The translations under genes and the position numbers were made by a program. Below are positions 11,927 to 21,305 of a stretch of 64,000 nt of DNA, one piece after another. The stretch covers positions 47,963 to 111,962 of the forward strand of contig CAVWXW010000004.1 in assembly GCA_963759105.1 (NCBI GenBank), in the 5' to 3' direction. Below the pieces are notes generated by a model, which was given only the letters and a program-made list of their open reading frames with translations, did no database searches and was not told where the DNA came from. The number at the start of each line of letters is the position of its first letter. Within the stretch, counting starts at the first letter, position 1. Source of the stretch: an uncultured delta proteobacterium. Its GTDB lineage: Bacteria; Myxococcota_A; Polyangia; Haliangiales; Haliangiaceae.

Positions 11927-13021
11927 TCAGTCGCGCAGGAGGCGCGGCGAGCGCGACGACGATCCCTGCTCGACCGGCCGGTGCAGCACGATGGTGCGGC
12001 CCGCCTCGCGGCCGGCGGCGTGGGCGCCGGACACGCGCACGTTGCGCTGGCGCGTGACCATGCGCGGGTGGCGCGCGCGGAAGAACCGATCGAGGGCGGC
12101 GTCGCCGACCCAGACCAGGCCGGTGCCGCGCAGCTCGACGCGCTCGCCGGCGAGCTTGTCGCGAAAGCCGCGCACCACGCCCGACTGGTAGGCCAGCCGA
12201 TCGCGGCCGCTGCGCACCCGGGCGTCGCGCCGGTTCTCGTTCCACAGCCGCTCGGCGGTGGCGAGCAGGAACGCGTGGACGTGGACGGCCATCTCGACGT
12301 TCGGGCGCGTGCCGGCGACCTCGTAGACGTGCCCGCGCTTGCCCTCGAGCGGGAGATAGACCGGGATGCGGATCACCCGGACGAAGAAGAACTCGCGAGA
12401 CGAGCGCGACGATGTCGACCTCGACGCGCGTGGTGCGGCGCTGCGGATCGCCCAGGTGGCGGACCTCGAAGCTGCGCTCGCGCCGCCGGCCGCCTCGATG
12501 TTGTGGCGCAGCATCAGCTCGTGCGCCCTGCGCATCGCCGTCTCCGCCTCGTGCTGGTTGGGGCTGCCGGCGAGGGCGAGCAGCTTGCGGATCCGATCGA
12601 CCGCGCGGTCGACCTCGATCGGGTCGGCGTGCGCGCACCGGCGGGCCGGCCGCGCGCGCGTCGATGCCGCGCTCGGCGCAGATGCGGCGGAAGGTCTCGC
12701 CGTGCGCGCGTCTCGTCGCGGATGCCGAGCACCTCGTCGACGAACTGGTGCGCCATCTCGTGCTGCAGGACGCCGAGCACCTCCGGCCACGGCCGCTCGA
12801 CGACCAGCGCGCGCGACAGCTCGAGGGTGCGCGGCCGCGCGGATCCAGCGGCCGAGGCGGGTCGCCGATTCCGACAGCGCGATGACCGGCGCCTCGAGGC
12901 GGCCGCCGAAGCGCGCCCAGTTCTCCCAGTCGAACGACGACCGCAGCTCGCGCAGCAGCGCGGCCTCGAGCGCCGCCGACAGGGCTTCGAACGAAGGGGC
13001 GCCCTGCATCGCGCCCACCAT
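11927..13021 (-). CDS. SprT-like zinc-metalloprotease domain / DUF2786 family protein (frameshifted)
   Basis: HExxH in LGVLQHEMAHQFVDEVLGIRDE. DUF2786-like AIDRIRKLLALAGSPNQHEAETAMRRAHELMLRHNIEAAG. Intact C-terminal third ...FFVRVIRIPVYLPLEGKRGHVYEVAG...RLLRD*. Confidence 0.55.
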   Translation of the reverse strand: MVGAMQGAPSFEALSAALEAALLRELRSSFDWENWARFGGRLEAPVIALSESATRLGRWIRAAAHPRAVARAGRRAAVAGGARRPAARDGAPVRRRGARHPRRDARTARPSAASAPSAASTRARPARRCAHADPIEVDRAVDRIRKLLALAGSPNQHEAETAMRRAHELMLRHNIEAAGGASAASRSATWAIRSAAPRASRSTSSRSSREFFFVRVIRIPVYLPLEGKRGHVYEVAGTRPNVEMAVHVHAFLLATAERLWNENRRDARVRSGRDRLAYQSGVVRGFRDKLAGERVELRGTGLVWVGDAALDRFFRARHPRMVTRQRNVRVSGAHAAGREAGRTIVLHRPVEQGSSSRSPRLLRD

Positions 13022-13209
13022 ACTGTCGCGGGCTGACGACGGCGAGACTACCTACCGTCTGCCGGACCCCGCCATCCACGCGCGGCCGTCGTCCCGATCG
13101 GGTCACGGTTCGGTCACAATCTGACCCGGACGGCGGCCTCGGGCGGACACATTCCTGCCACGGCGCAGGAAGTTAGGTGCGCCGGAGCGGCCCTGTCTCA
13201 TCCTGGAGG

Positions 13210-14226
13210 CTCATGATCCGTACGAGCGACCTGCAAGTTCTCCGGACGTCGCTCACCGAGAGCGGCGTCTTCGAGCACAGGACGGCGCAGACCTGGGCGA
13301 AGCTCGTCGTGACTGCTCGCCGCCTCGGCCGTCGTGCTCGCGCTGGTGGCGGTCCTGCCCTGGTGGTGCGCGCTCGTGCTCGTCCCGCTCGCCGCGGTCC
13401 CGGCGGTCACCGCCGCGATGGTCGGCCACGAGGCCGCGCACGGCAGCTTCGCCTCGAGCAAGCGGCACAACGAGCTGGTCCTCCACCTGGTGTTTCCGCT
13501 GTTCGGCGGGCTCGGCGCCCAGTACTGGAAGCACAAGCACAACCACCTCCACCACGGCAATCCGAACGTCGTCGGGCGCGATCCGGACATCGACATGTGG
13601 CCGATGGCGCTGTCGAGCGACGAGCACGCCAGCTCCAGCCGCTTTCGCCGCTGGCTGCAGCGGACGATGCAGGGCCACCTGTTCTGGCCGCTCACGCTGT
13701 TCCTCGCCTTTTCGATGCGATACGACTCCTGGCGCTTCGTCGCGCGACGCGTGCGCGAGCGCGGGCTCGACGGCGCGCTCGCCGCCGACATCGCGTGCCT
13801 GGTCGGCCACTACGCCCTCTGGCTGGCCGTCCCGATGTGGCTGTTCGGCGTCGGGCCGGTCCTGCTGCTCTACGCCGGCCTGTGGGCGACCGCCGGCCTG
13901 CTCCTCGCGCTCATCTTCGCCCCGGCCCACATCGGCCTGCCGGTCCTGGACCGAGAGCAGCGGGGCGGATGGGAGCAACAGCTCGAAACCACGCGAAACC
14001 TGGTCATGCCCCGCTGGCTGTCCTGGTTCTTCGTCGGCCTCGACTTCCAGGTCGAGCACCACCTGTTTCCGAGAATCCCTCACCAGAATCTGGCCCGAGC
14101 CAGCCAGGTCGTCGCACCGTGGTGCGCGGACCTGGGAGCCCCGTACCACCAGCTCGATTACGGTTCGTCGATTCGCCAGGTCACGCGCCACATGAGACTG
14201 TCCTGGCAAGCAGTACCGGAGGTGGC
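13210..14226 (+). CDS. membrane fatty-acid desaturase (three His boxes); N-terminal frameshift near 13320; no stop before the next gene
   Basis: His boxes HEAAHGS, HNHLHHGNPN and QVEHHLFPRIPH, with hydrophobic segments. The frame reads through into CdnL. Confidence 0.7.
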
Positions 14227-14764
14227 GATGGTCAAGGGGAAAGCTTCCAAGCTCCAGAATCTCACTGTCGGTTCTCGCGTCTTCTATCCCGGCCACGGGG
14301 TCGCGAGCGTGACCGGCATGGAAGAGCGCGAGTTCGGCGGCGGCAAGCAGTCGTTCTACGTCCTGGAGCTGGAGCTCGATCGCGGCGTCAAGCTGATGCT
14401 GCCGGTGGGAAAGGTCGAACAGGCGGGCGTGCGCCCGCTGGTCTCGGCCCAGAAGGCCCGCGACCTCCTCAAGGTGGTCAAGGACGCGATCGCGCCGGTG
14501 GACCTCAAGTCGGATCCGGCGTCGCGCAAGCTGCGCGCCACCGGCTACGCCGAGGCGCTGCGCTCCGGCTCCGCCGATCGCTACACCGAGATCCTGGGGG
14601 AGCTCCTGTCGCGCTCGCGAGCGAGCAAGCTGTCCGCGGGCGAGCAGCAGTCCCTCACCCTGGCGCTCGCGATGTTCATCGGCGAGATGAGCGCGGCCCT
14701 GGACATGCAGCCCGACGAAGTGAAGGCGAACCTGGACATCAACACGGAGGCCCGGGTGCCATGA
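14227..14764 (+). CDS. cdnL: CdnL / CarD N-terminal-like RNAP-binding transcription factor
   Basis: MVKGKASKLQNLTVGSRVFYPGHGVASVTGMEEREFGGGKQSFYVLELELDRGVKLMLPVGKVEQAGVRPLVS matches the CarD_CdnL_TRCF RNAP-interaction domain. The 179-aa size is typical of CdnL. Confidence 0.75.
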
Positions 14765-15255
14765 AGGCGGAGGAGCTGCGCGCGCTGCAGGCGCCGCTCA
14801 AGGACAAGTACCGGAGCGAGCCCGGCGCGGCGCGCGTGACGTTGAGCGCGAGCAGCCAGCTCGGCGAGGGGATCGCGTGCCGCATCCAGACCGGCAAGGC
14901 GCTGGTCGAGGCCGGGCTGCATCCCGCCACCGGCGGCGACGGCTCGCAGGCCTGCTCGGGAGACATGCTGCTCGAGGCGCTGGCCGCGTGCTACGGCGTC
15001 ACCATGCGCGCCGTCGCCACGGCGCTCGGGATCGAGCTGCGGGGCGGGACCATCGTGGTCGAGGGCGACCTCGACTTCCGCGGCACGCTCGGCGTGGCCA
15101 AGGACGCGCCGGTCGGCTTCGAGGACATCCGCGTCAGGGCCGAGCTCGACGCCGACATGACCGACGAGCAGCGGGCCTCGCTCGCGAAGCTCACCGAGCG
15201 GTACTGCGTGGTGCTGCAGACCTTGCGCTCGCCGCCGCGCGTTCAGCTCGGCTGA
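14761..15255 (+). CDS. OsmC/Ohr-family protein
   Basis: MKAEELRALQAPLKDKYR...ACSGDMLLEALAACYGVTMRAVATALGIELRGGTIVVEGDLDFRGTLGV...; ATGA overlap with cdnL; 164 aa, intact. Confidence 0.7.
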   Translation: MKAEELRALQAPLKDKYRSEPGAARVTLSASSQLGEGIACRIQTGKALVEAGLHPATGGDGSQACSGDMLLEALAACYGVTMRAVATALGIELRGGTIVVEGDLDFRGTLGVAKDAPVGFEDIRVRAELDADMTDEQRASLAKLTERYCVVLQTLRSPPRVQLG

Positions 15256-16017
15256 CCCGGCCACTGCGAGAGCTCGAACAGCCCGCCATCGACCCAGATG
15301 GTCTGGCCGGTGACGAACGAGGCCTCGTCGCTGGCGAGCCACGCCACCAGCCGCGCCACGTCGTCCGGCGTGCCGATGCGCCCGAGCGGCGTGAGAGCGG
15401 CCCATCGCCCGGCGTAGTCGGGTAGCTCGAGCCGCGTCCGCTCGGTCTCGGTGGCGCCGGGCGCGACGCAGTTCACGCGGATGCGGTGCGCGGCCAGCTC
15501 GAGCGCCGCGACCTTGGTGAACGTCTGGATGCCGCCCTTGCTGGCGGTGTAGGACGCGAGCTTCGGGAAGCCGATCCGGTTGCAGCCGGACCCGATGTTG
15601 ACGATCGCGCCCCCGCCCTGCTCCACCATGTGGCGCGCCGCCGACTGCGTGCACAGAAAGCAGCCCTTGAGGTTGGTGCGGATCACGCGATCCCAGTCCT
15701 CCTCGGTCGGCCTCGAGGAGCGGCGCCCAGACCTGCACGGCGGCGTTGTTGACCAGGAGGTCGATGCGACCGAAGCGCGCGACGACGGCGTCGACCATGG
15801 CGCGCACGTCCGCCGAGACGCCGACGTCGGCCTGCACGGCGAAGGCCTCGCCGCCGAGGTCGGTCACCTCGCGCACCGTCTGTCCGCGCCGGCCGCGATC
15901 GTCGAGGTGGTTGACGGCGATGCGGGCGCCCTCGCGCGCCAGGCGCAGCGCGATGCCGCGTCCGATGCCGCTGCTCGCGCCGGTGACCAGAGCCGACGAT
16001 CCCTCGAGGCGAGTCAT
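15243..16017 (-). CDS. short-chain dehydrogenase/reductase (SDR); one frameshift near 15690
   Basis: N-terminus MTRLEGSSALVTGASSGIGRGIA...LVNNAAVQ (TGxxxGxG, NNAG). C-terminus ...SYTASKGGIQTFTKVAALELAAHRIRVNCVAPGATET (YxxxK). Confidence 0.8.
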
Positions 16018-16028
16018 GCCCGCCCTGT

Positions 16029-16397
16029 TTATCTCACGTCCGTCGACAGGAAGGTCCAGAGACCTGAGCGCCGCGGCCGGTCGTCGAGTGCGTGCCCGGC
16101 CGGCCGCGGCGCCGCGGCCAGGCTGATTACTGCTGCTGCTGCTGCTGCTGGAGCAGCGGTCCGCACAGCGCCTGCTGCCGGCGCTCGACGTTGTTGGGCG
16201 ACTCCATCATCGCCGCCCTGGCGGCCGACCAGGTCGAGGCAGCGCAGGTACGAGTTCGGCTCGTTGGTCTGCTGGCCGGCCCGGACCGTGGCCGACCCGC
16301 CCGGGGTGCTGATGGTCCCCTCGGCCTCGGTCGACCGCGTCTGGCCGCCCGTGACGCGATCGAGGTCGCTCAGGTCGATGCTTTCGAACGTGGTCAT
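16029..16397 (-). CDS. precursor peptide with an N-terminal double-glycine (GG) leader; core region sequence uncertain
   Basis: MTTFESIDLSDLDRVTGG|QTRSTEAEGTISTPGGSATV.... Leader positions -4 V, -7 L, -8 D, -12 I, -15 F and GG at -2/-1 fit the PCAT-cleaved leader consensus. Canonical SD AAGGAG 5 nt upstream of the ATG. An alternate frame ends ...QQALCGPLLQQQQQQQ* (TAA at 16117). Confidence 0.6.
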   Translation of the reverse strand: MTTFESIDLSDLDRVTGGQTRSTEAEGTISTPGGSATVRAGQQTNEPNSYLRCLDLVGRQGGDDGVAQQRRAPAAGAVRTAAPAAAAAAVISLAAAPRPAGHALDDRPRRSGLWTFLSTDVR

Positions 16398-16489
16398 GCT
16401 GGCTCCTTTGTACCGGCGAAGGGTTGATCGACTCGCGGCCGCCGGAACCGCGCATCTCGAGCCGGCAAGTCATCCTTGCCGGCAAGTCC

Positions 16490-17341
16490 TCACTTGCGCG
16501 GAGCCTGCTGCAGGCGGACCTTGCCGACCGAGCCGACGCCGATCGTCTCTCCCTTGATCAGGCGATCGTCGACGTCGGCGTCGGCGACGACGAACTGGAG
16601 CGGCGGCTCCAGGTCGGTCGACACCGTGCGCACGATGGCCTCGAAGGTCGCGCCGCTGGCCGGATCCGTGGCCGCCACCCTGGTCCCCTCCTTGATCAGG
16701 CTGCGGTACTCGCTGTCGACCGCGAACCTGACCCACAGATCACGCGGATCGAACACCCGCGCCACCGGCGTGCCCGGCACCGCGACCTCGCCCTCCTTGA
16801 CCCGGATCATCGAGACCACGCCGTCGATGGGAGCGACCAGCGTGGCGCGGGCCAGGTGCTGCTCGAGCTGCTCGCGCTCGGCCACCGACTGGCGGTACTG
16901 GGCGGCCGAGCTGCTGTAGCTGGCGGACGCGCGGCTGCTGTCGAACCTGGACTGCCGGATGCCCTCGCGGGCCACCGCGCCGCGGCGGTAGAGGCGGCGC
17001 TGCATGCGCATGTCGCGCTTGGACGCGCGGATCTCGACGCCGGCGCGCCCCATCTCGGCGCGGGCCGCGTCCACGGCGGCGACCGCGCCGCTCAGCTGCT
17101 TGCGCACCTGGCTGTCGTCCAGCTTGGCGATCGGCTCGCCGGCGCGCACGCGCTGGCCGGGGTGGACGTAGAGCGCCACCACGCGTCCCTCGAACTCGGA
17201 GGCCACCACCTTCGAGTCGCGAGTGGTGACCACGCCGACGAACTCGAGCGGCGGCGGCGCGGGCCGGCGCGCGGCCGCGGGCGGCAGCGCCGCCGGCGCG
17301 GTGTCGTCGGCGGACGATGTCGGGGAGCCGCACGCGGCCAT
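16490..17341 (-). CDS. HlyD-family membrane-fusion / periplasmic adaptor protein (short, lipoprotein-like N-terminus)
   Basis: MAACGSPTSS...VVTTRDSKVVASEFEGRVVALYVHPGQRVRAGEPIAKLDDSQV...LVAPIDGVVSMIRVKEGEVAVPGTPVARVFDPRDLWVRFAV; biotinyl/lipoyl-like and beta-barrel MFP motifs; 283 aa, intact. Confidence 0.7.
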   Translation of the reverse strand: MAACGSPTSSADDTAPAALPPAAARRPAPPPLEFVGVVTTRDSKVVASEFEGRVVALYVHPGQRVRAGEPIAKLDDSQVRKQLSGAVAAVDAARAEMGRAGVEIRASKRDMRMQRRLYRRGAVAREGIRQSRFDSSRASASYSSSAAQYRQSVAEREQLEQHLARATLVAPIDGVVSMIRVKEGEVAVPGTPVARVFDPRDLWVRFAVDSEYRSLIKEGTRVAATDPASGATFEAIVRTVSTDLEPPLQFVVADADVDDRLIKGETIGVGSVGKVRLQQAPRK

Positions 17342-17377
17342 GACCGGCAGCGCGGCGGCGAAAGCTCGTGCGATTCT

Positions 17378-19630
17378 TCATGCGGCGTCCTCCCACTGGC
17401 GCGACCGGCGGTCGGTGGCGACCACCAGCTCGCGGTACGGCCCGTTCCGGCGCATCAGCTCGTCGTGCGAGCCGATCTCGACCAGCTGGCCGCCCACCAT
17501 GACCAGGATGAAGTCCGAGTTCTGGATCGTGGTCAGGCGGTGGGCGATGGTGATGCGGGTGCAGCGCAGGCGCTCGATGTTGGCGATGACCCGCGCCTCG
17601 GTGGCGTTGTCGAGCGCCGAGGTCCCCTCGTCGATGAACATGACCGCCGGCTGGCGCAGGATGGCGCGGGCCAGGGCGATGCGCTGGCGCTGGCCGCCGG
17701 ACAAGGACGCGCCGCCGTCGGCGACCGGCGTGTCGTAGCCCATCGGCATCTCGAGGATGTCGTCGTGCAGGCAGGCGACGCGGGCCGCCGCCATGATGCG
17801 ATCGAGATCGGCATCCGGCCGGGTCAGCGCGATGTTGTCGCGCAGGCTGGCCCCGAACACGTACGGGTGCTGCGGGACGAAGCCGACCTGCCGGCGAACG
17901 CCGCGCACGTCGACATCGGCCAGGCGGCGGCCGTCGTAGAAGACCGACCCGGAGGTCGGCTGGTACAGGCCGGCGATGAGATTCAGCAGCGTGGTCTTGC
18001 CGGAGCCGGACGGGCCCACGATCGCCACCGACGAGCCGGCCGGAATGTCGAGCGACACGCCGTTGACCACGAGCGGCATGTTGTGGGCGTAGCGGAAGCT
18101 GAGATCGCGAGTGGAGATCTCGCCGCGGATCTCGTGGGCGGTGTGGATGGTGTCCGGGTCCTGCTCGGTCGCGGTCTCGAGCACGTCGTCGACGCGGTCG
18201 ATGTGCGGGCGGGCCAGCTGGAGATCGAGCGCGCTCTCGACCAGCTGCGAAAGCGGGCCGAACAGGCTGGTGGCCAGCGAGTTCATGGCCAGCATGGTGC
18301 CGAGCGACATCTCGCCCTTCATGACGGACATGGCGCCGACGGTGAGGAGCAGCGTGGGGGCCAGGGTGGCGATCGCCTGGCGGATGGAGTCGACCCGCGC
18401 GTCGACGACCCCGCGGCGCAGCCGGATGTTGAGCTCGTCGGCATACAGGTTCGACCAGTGCTCGACCGCCTGCTGCTCGACGCCGGAGCACTTGAGCGTC
18501 TCGATGCCCCCCAGGAACTGGACCAGGAAGCTCTGCGACTTGGCCTGGCGTTCGAGGTTCTCCGCCATCAGCCGCATGTACTTGCCGCGCGCCAGCACGT
18601 AGACGAGGATCTCGAGCGTCACCAGCACGACCACGATGATGCCGAGCTTGGCGCTGACGGCGAACACGATGGCGCCGTACAGCAGGACGAAGGTGCCGTC
18701 GAGCAGCGCGGCCAGGCTCTTGGACGTCACCATCTCGCGCACGGTGCCGTTGCTGCCCAGGCGCATCATGAGGTCGCCGTCGGAGCGCTGCTGGAAGAAG
18801 CGGAACGGCAGCTTGACCAGGTGATCGAGGAAGCCGAGCGTCGAGCGCACGTCGAGCACGGTGCGCAGGTGCATGAGCAGGTACGCGCGCATCACCTCGG
18901 AGATGGCGTTGAAGCCGACCATCATGACGACCGCGAGGCCGGCCACCATGAGCAGGTTGTAGTCGGAGCGCGGAACCACCTGATCGACGATGACGCTGGT
19001 GAGCAGCGGCAGCACCAGCGCGAGGGCGCGCAGGAGCAGCGAGATGATCACGATGCGGTCGAACACGCGGCGCTCGGACAGGAGCTCGCGCGCGTAGCGG
19101 CGCAGCCGGCTGAGGTTGCCGGCGCCCGTCTGGCTGCGGAAGTCCGGCGCCGGCGAAAGCTCCAGCGCGACGCCGGTGAAGCTATCGGCGAACTGCGGCA
19201 GCGGGATGTCGCGCACGCCGACGGCCGGGTCGAAGATCCTGACCGCGCCGTTCTTCACGCGATCGAAGACGACGAAGTGATTGAACTCCCAGTGCAGGAT
19301 GCTGCCGCGCGCGAGCAGCGGGAGCTTCTCGATGTCGACCTTGACGCCGCGGCCGATGAGGCCGAGGCGGGTGCCGGCCTCGAGGATGTTGCGCGCGGTG
19401 ACGCCGTCGCGGGCCAGGCCGAGCTCGTCGCGCACGCGCGCCAGCGCCACCGTGCGTCCGTAGTAGCCCAGCACCATGGCCAGGCAGGCCGCGCCGCAGT
19501 CGGTCCACTCCATCTGCTGGACGAAGGGGATCTTGGGCGCGCCGCCGAAGCCGATGCGGCGCAGCGCGGGGAAGCGGCCGGCGATGGCGCCCTGTCCGTT
19601 CGGATCCTGTGCGGGGCTGCTGGTGGTCAA
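17378..19630 (-). CDS. peptidase-C39-domain ABC transporter (PCAT; bacteriocin/peptide processing-and-export ATPase); intact 750 aa
   Basis: N-terminal C39 domain with catalytic Cys (FVQQMEWTDCGAACLAMVLGYYGRT). Six TM segments. Walker A GPSGSGKTTLLNLIAGL. ABC signature LSGGQRQRIALARAIL. Walker B VMFIDEGTSALD. Confidence 0.9.
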   Translation of the reverse strand: MTTSSPAQDPNGQGAIAGRFPALRRIGFGGAPKIPFVQQMEWTDCGAACLAMVLGYYGRTVALARVRDELGLARDGVTARNILEAGTRLGLIGRGVKVDIEKLPLLARGSILHWEFNHFVVFDRVKNGAVRIFDPAVGVRDIPLPQFADSFTGVALELSPAPDFRSQTGAGNLSRLRRYARELLSERRVFDRIVIISLLLRALALVLPLLTSVIVDQVVPRSDYNLLMVAGLAVVMMVGFNAISEVMRAYLLMHLRTVLDVRSTLGFLDHLVKLPFRFFQQRSDGDLMMRLGSNGTVREMVTSKSLAALLDGTFVLLYGAIVFAVSAKLGIIVVVLVTLEILVYVLARGKYMRLMAENLERQAKSQSFLVQFLGGIETLKCSGVEQQAVEHWSNLYADELNIRLRRGVVDARVDSIRQAIATLAPTLLLTVGAMSVMKGEMSLGTMLAMNSLATSLFGPLSQLVESALDLQLARPHIDRVDDVLETATEQDPDTIHTAHEIRGEISTRDLSFRYAHNMPLVVNGVSLDIPAGSSVAIVGPSGSGKTTLLNLIAGLYQPTSGSVFYDGRRLADVDVRGVRRQVGFVPQHPYVFGASLRDNIALTRPDADLDRIMAAARVACLHDDILEMPMGYDTPVADGGASLSGGQRQRIALARAILRQPAVMFIDEGTSALDNATEARVIANIERLRCTRITIAHRLTTIQNSDFILVMVGGQLVEIGSHDELMRRNGPYRELVVATDRRSRQWEDAA

Positions 19631-19642
19631 GGTCGGCTCCTG

Positions 19643-21163
19643 TCAGAAGATCTTCTCGAGGGCAGGGACGAGCGCGACCAGCACGCGCCGCTTGCGCACG
19701 CTGACCTCGGCCTTGGCGGTCATGCCGTCGTGATAGGTGTAGGTCTTGTCGCGGCTCTCGAAGGTCCGCGACGTCAGCCGGGCGCGCACGATGACGACCG
19801 GCCCCTTGAGGTCGAGCGCGTCGGCGATCTTGTCGCCCACGTAGCGGCGCGCCTCCTGCGGCCCGATCACCTCCTGGCCGACCTCGCCGATGCGGATCTT
19901 CTCGTTCGTCTTCTCGTAGCCGGGGATGTTGAACTGCAGGATCATCCCGGGCCGCAGCCGCGGGCGGTCCTGGCCGGGCAGGAGCGCGATCATCGTCGGC
20001 ATGGTGTTGGCGTCGGCCACGGTCAGGATGTAGCTGCCGGCCTCGAGCCGGCTGCCCTCGCGCACGCGCAGGTCGCTCACCACGCCGTCGCGCGGCGCGC
20101 GGATCGAGCGCGCGTCGAGCACCTGCTTGGCCTTCTGCCGGCGCGCGGCGATCGTCGACAGCGTCGACTTGGCCTCCTGGCTGCCCGGGTCGAACAGGAA
20201 CGTGCCGAGCTGGCGCTCGTACTCGATGAGCACCTCGCCCAGCTCGGCCGACTCGGAGTCGTCGTGCAGCTGGACGAGCAGCTCGCCGGCCTTCACCGTC
20301 TGGCCCGGCTGGACGTAGGTCGCCACCACGGTGCCGCCGGCGCGCGCGGTCACCTCGGTCCCCTCGATGCGGACCACCGCGGACCCGGTGCTGTACTGGT
20401 TGACCTTGCCGATGATCCCGTAGAGCAGGCCGGCGGCCAGGCCGATCAGCACCGCCGGGTAGACCCGGTTGATCCAGCGCGGCGACAGATCGAGCAGCGC
20501 GCCGTCGCGGCGCTGCTCGCGGTGCCGCTCGAGCGCCTGCTCGCGGAACAGGGAGTCCTGGGGGCCGACGCGCTCGCCGCGGGCCAGCGCGGCGTGGACC
20601 GCCGAGAGAAGCAGCGGCCCGACCTGGGCGCCGACGGCGGTCAGGACCATGCCCTCGCGCTGGGTGAACGGCGCGTCGCTGTCGGCGCGCACCGCGAGCA
20701 CGACCGCGATCACGATCTCGCCGGCCACGATCGGGTGGGCCAGGATCTTCTCGTGGCCGGTGCCGCCCGGGTTGTCGACCTCGGGCATGTAGACCGGGCA
20801 GCTGGCGGCCGGCTGGGCGCAGATCTGCTGGCGGTGATACACGGCGAGGCTGGCCAGGCTGTCTGCGTCGGCGCCCGCGCTCCACGGCGCGCCGGTCAGC
20901 GGATCTGCCGTCAGGCAATGCACGCGCACGCAGCCGACCAGCTCCGACAGGCCGTGGCCCAGGACGCGCAGCGACGAGGCCAGGTCGCTCTGCAGCGCGA
21001 TGCGGCGCACCAGCGACAGCACCGCGCCCGGATCGTCCAGCGGCGGCAGCGAGCGCAGCGGCGGGCGCTTCGCGGAGCCCGGCACCGGCGGCGGCCCGCT
21101 CTGCGGCGGTGCTGCCCGCGGGTTGACGGCTGTGTCGGAGTCGTTGACCACCCGGTTGTCCAT
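19643..21163 (-). CDS. HlyD-family secretion protein with an N-terminal GAF-like domain
   Basis: C-terminal MFP: TM YPAVLIGLAAGLLYGIIG, ...VVRIEGTEVTARAGGTVVATYVQPGQTVKAGELLVQL...RAPRDGVVSDLRVREGSRLEAGSYILTV. The N-terminal about 200 aa (LASLAVYHRQQICAQPAASCPVYMPEV...EIVIAVVLAVRADSDAPFTQREGMVLTAVGAQVG) resembles GAF. Confidence 0.7.
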   Translation of the reverse strand: MDNRVVNDSDTAVNPRAAPPQSGPPPVPGSAKRPPLRSLPPLDDPGAVLSLVRRIALQSDLASSLRVLGHGLSELVGCVRVHCLTADPLTGAPWSAGADADSLASLAVYHRQQICAQPAASCPVYMPEVDNPGGTGHEKILAHPIVAGEIVIAVVLAVRADSDAPFTQREGMVLTAVGAQVGPLLLSAVHAALARGERVGPQDSLFREQALERHREQRRDGALLDLSPRWINRVYPAVLIGLAAGLLYGIIGKVNQYSTGSAVVRIEGTEVTARAGGTVVATYVQPGQTVKAGELLVQLHDDSESAELGEVLIEYERQLGTFLFDPGSQEAKSTLSTIAARRQKAKQVLDARSIRAPRDGVVSDLRVREGSRLEAGSYILTVADANTMPTMIALLPGQDRPRLRPGMILQFNIPGYEKTNEKIRIGEVGQEVIGPQEARRYVGDKIADALDLKGPVVIVRARLTSRTFESRDKTYTYHDGMTAKAEVSVRKRRVLVALVPALEKIF

Positions 21164-21305
21164 GGAGGCCGGTTCTGCAACCGAAGGGCCATGCGCGCCG
21201 GCCGCGGAATCGGCGCTTGCGCCGCCCGACGGCGCCCGCCGGCCGTCCGCATGCGGAGCGGGACCCCACGTGCCGCCGAGCGCGGTCGGCGATCCGGCCC
21301 GACGA

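Noticed and set aside
13177-15255. 692-aa plus ORF
   Set aside because: It is a composite frame running antisense or out of frame through the desaturase and cdnL. Only its last 164 aa (OsmC, 14761..15255) is real.
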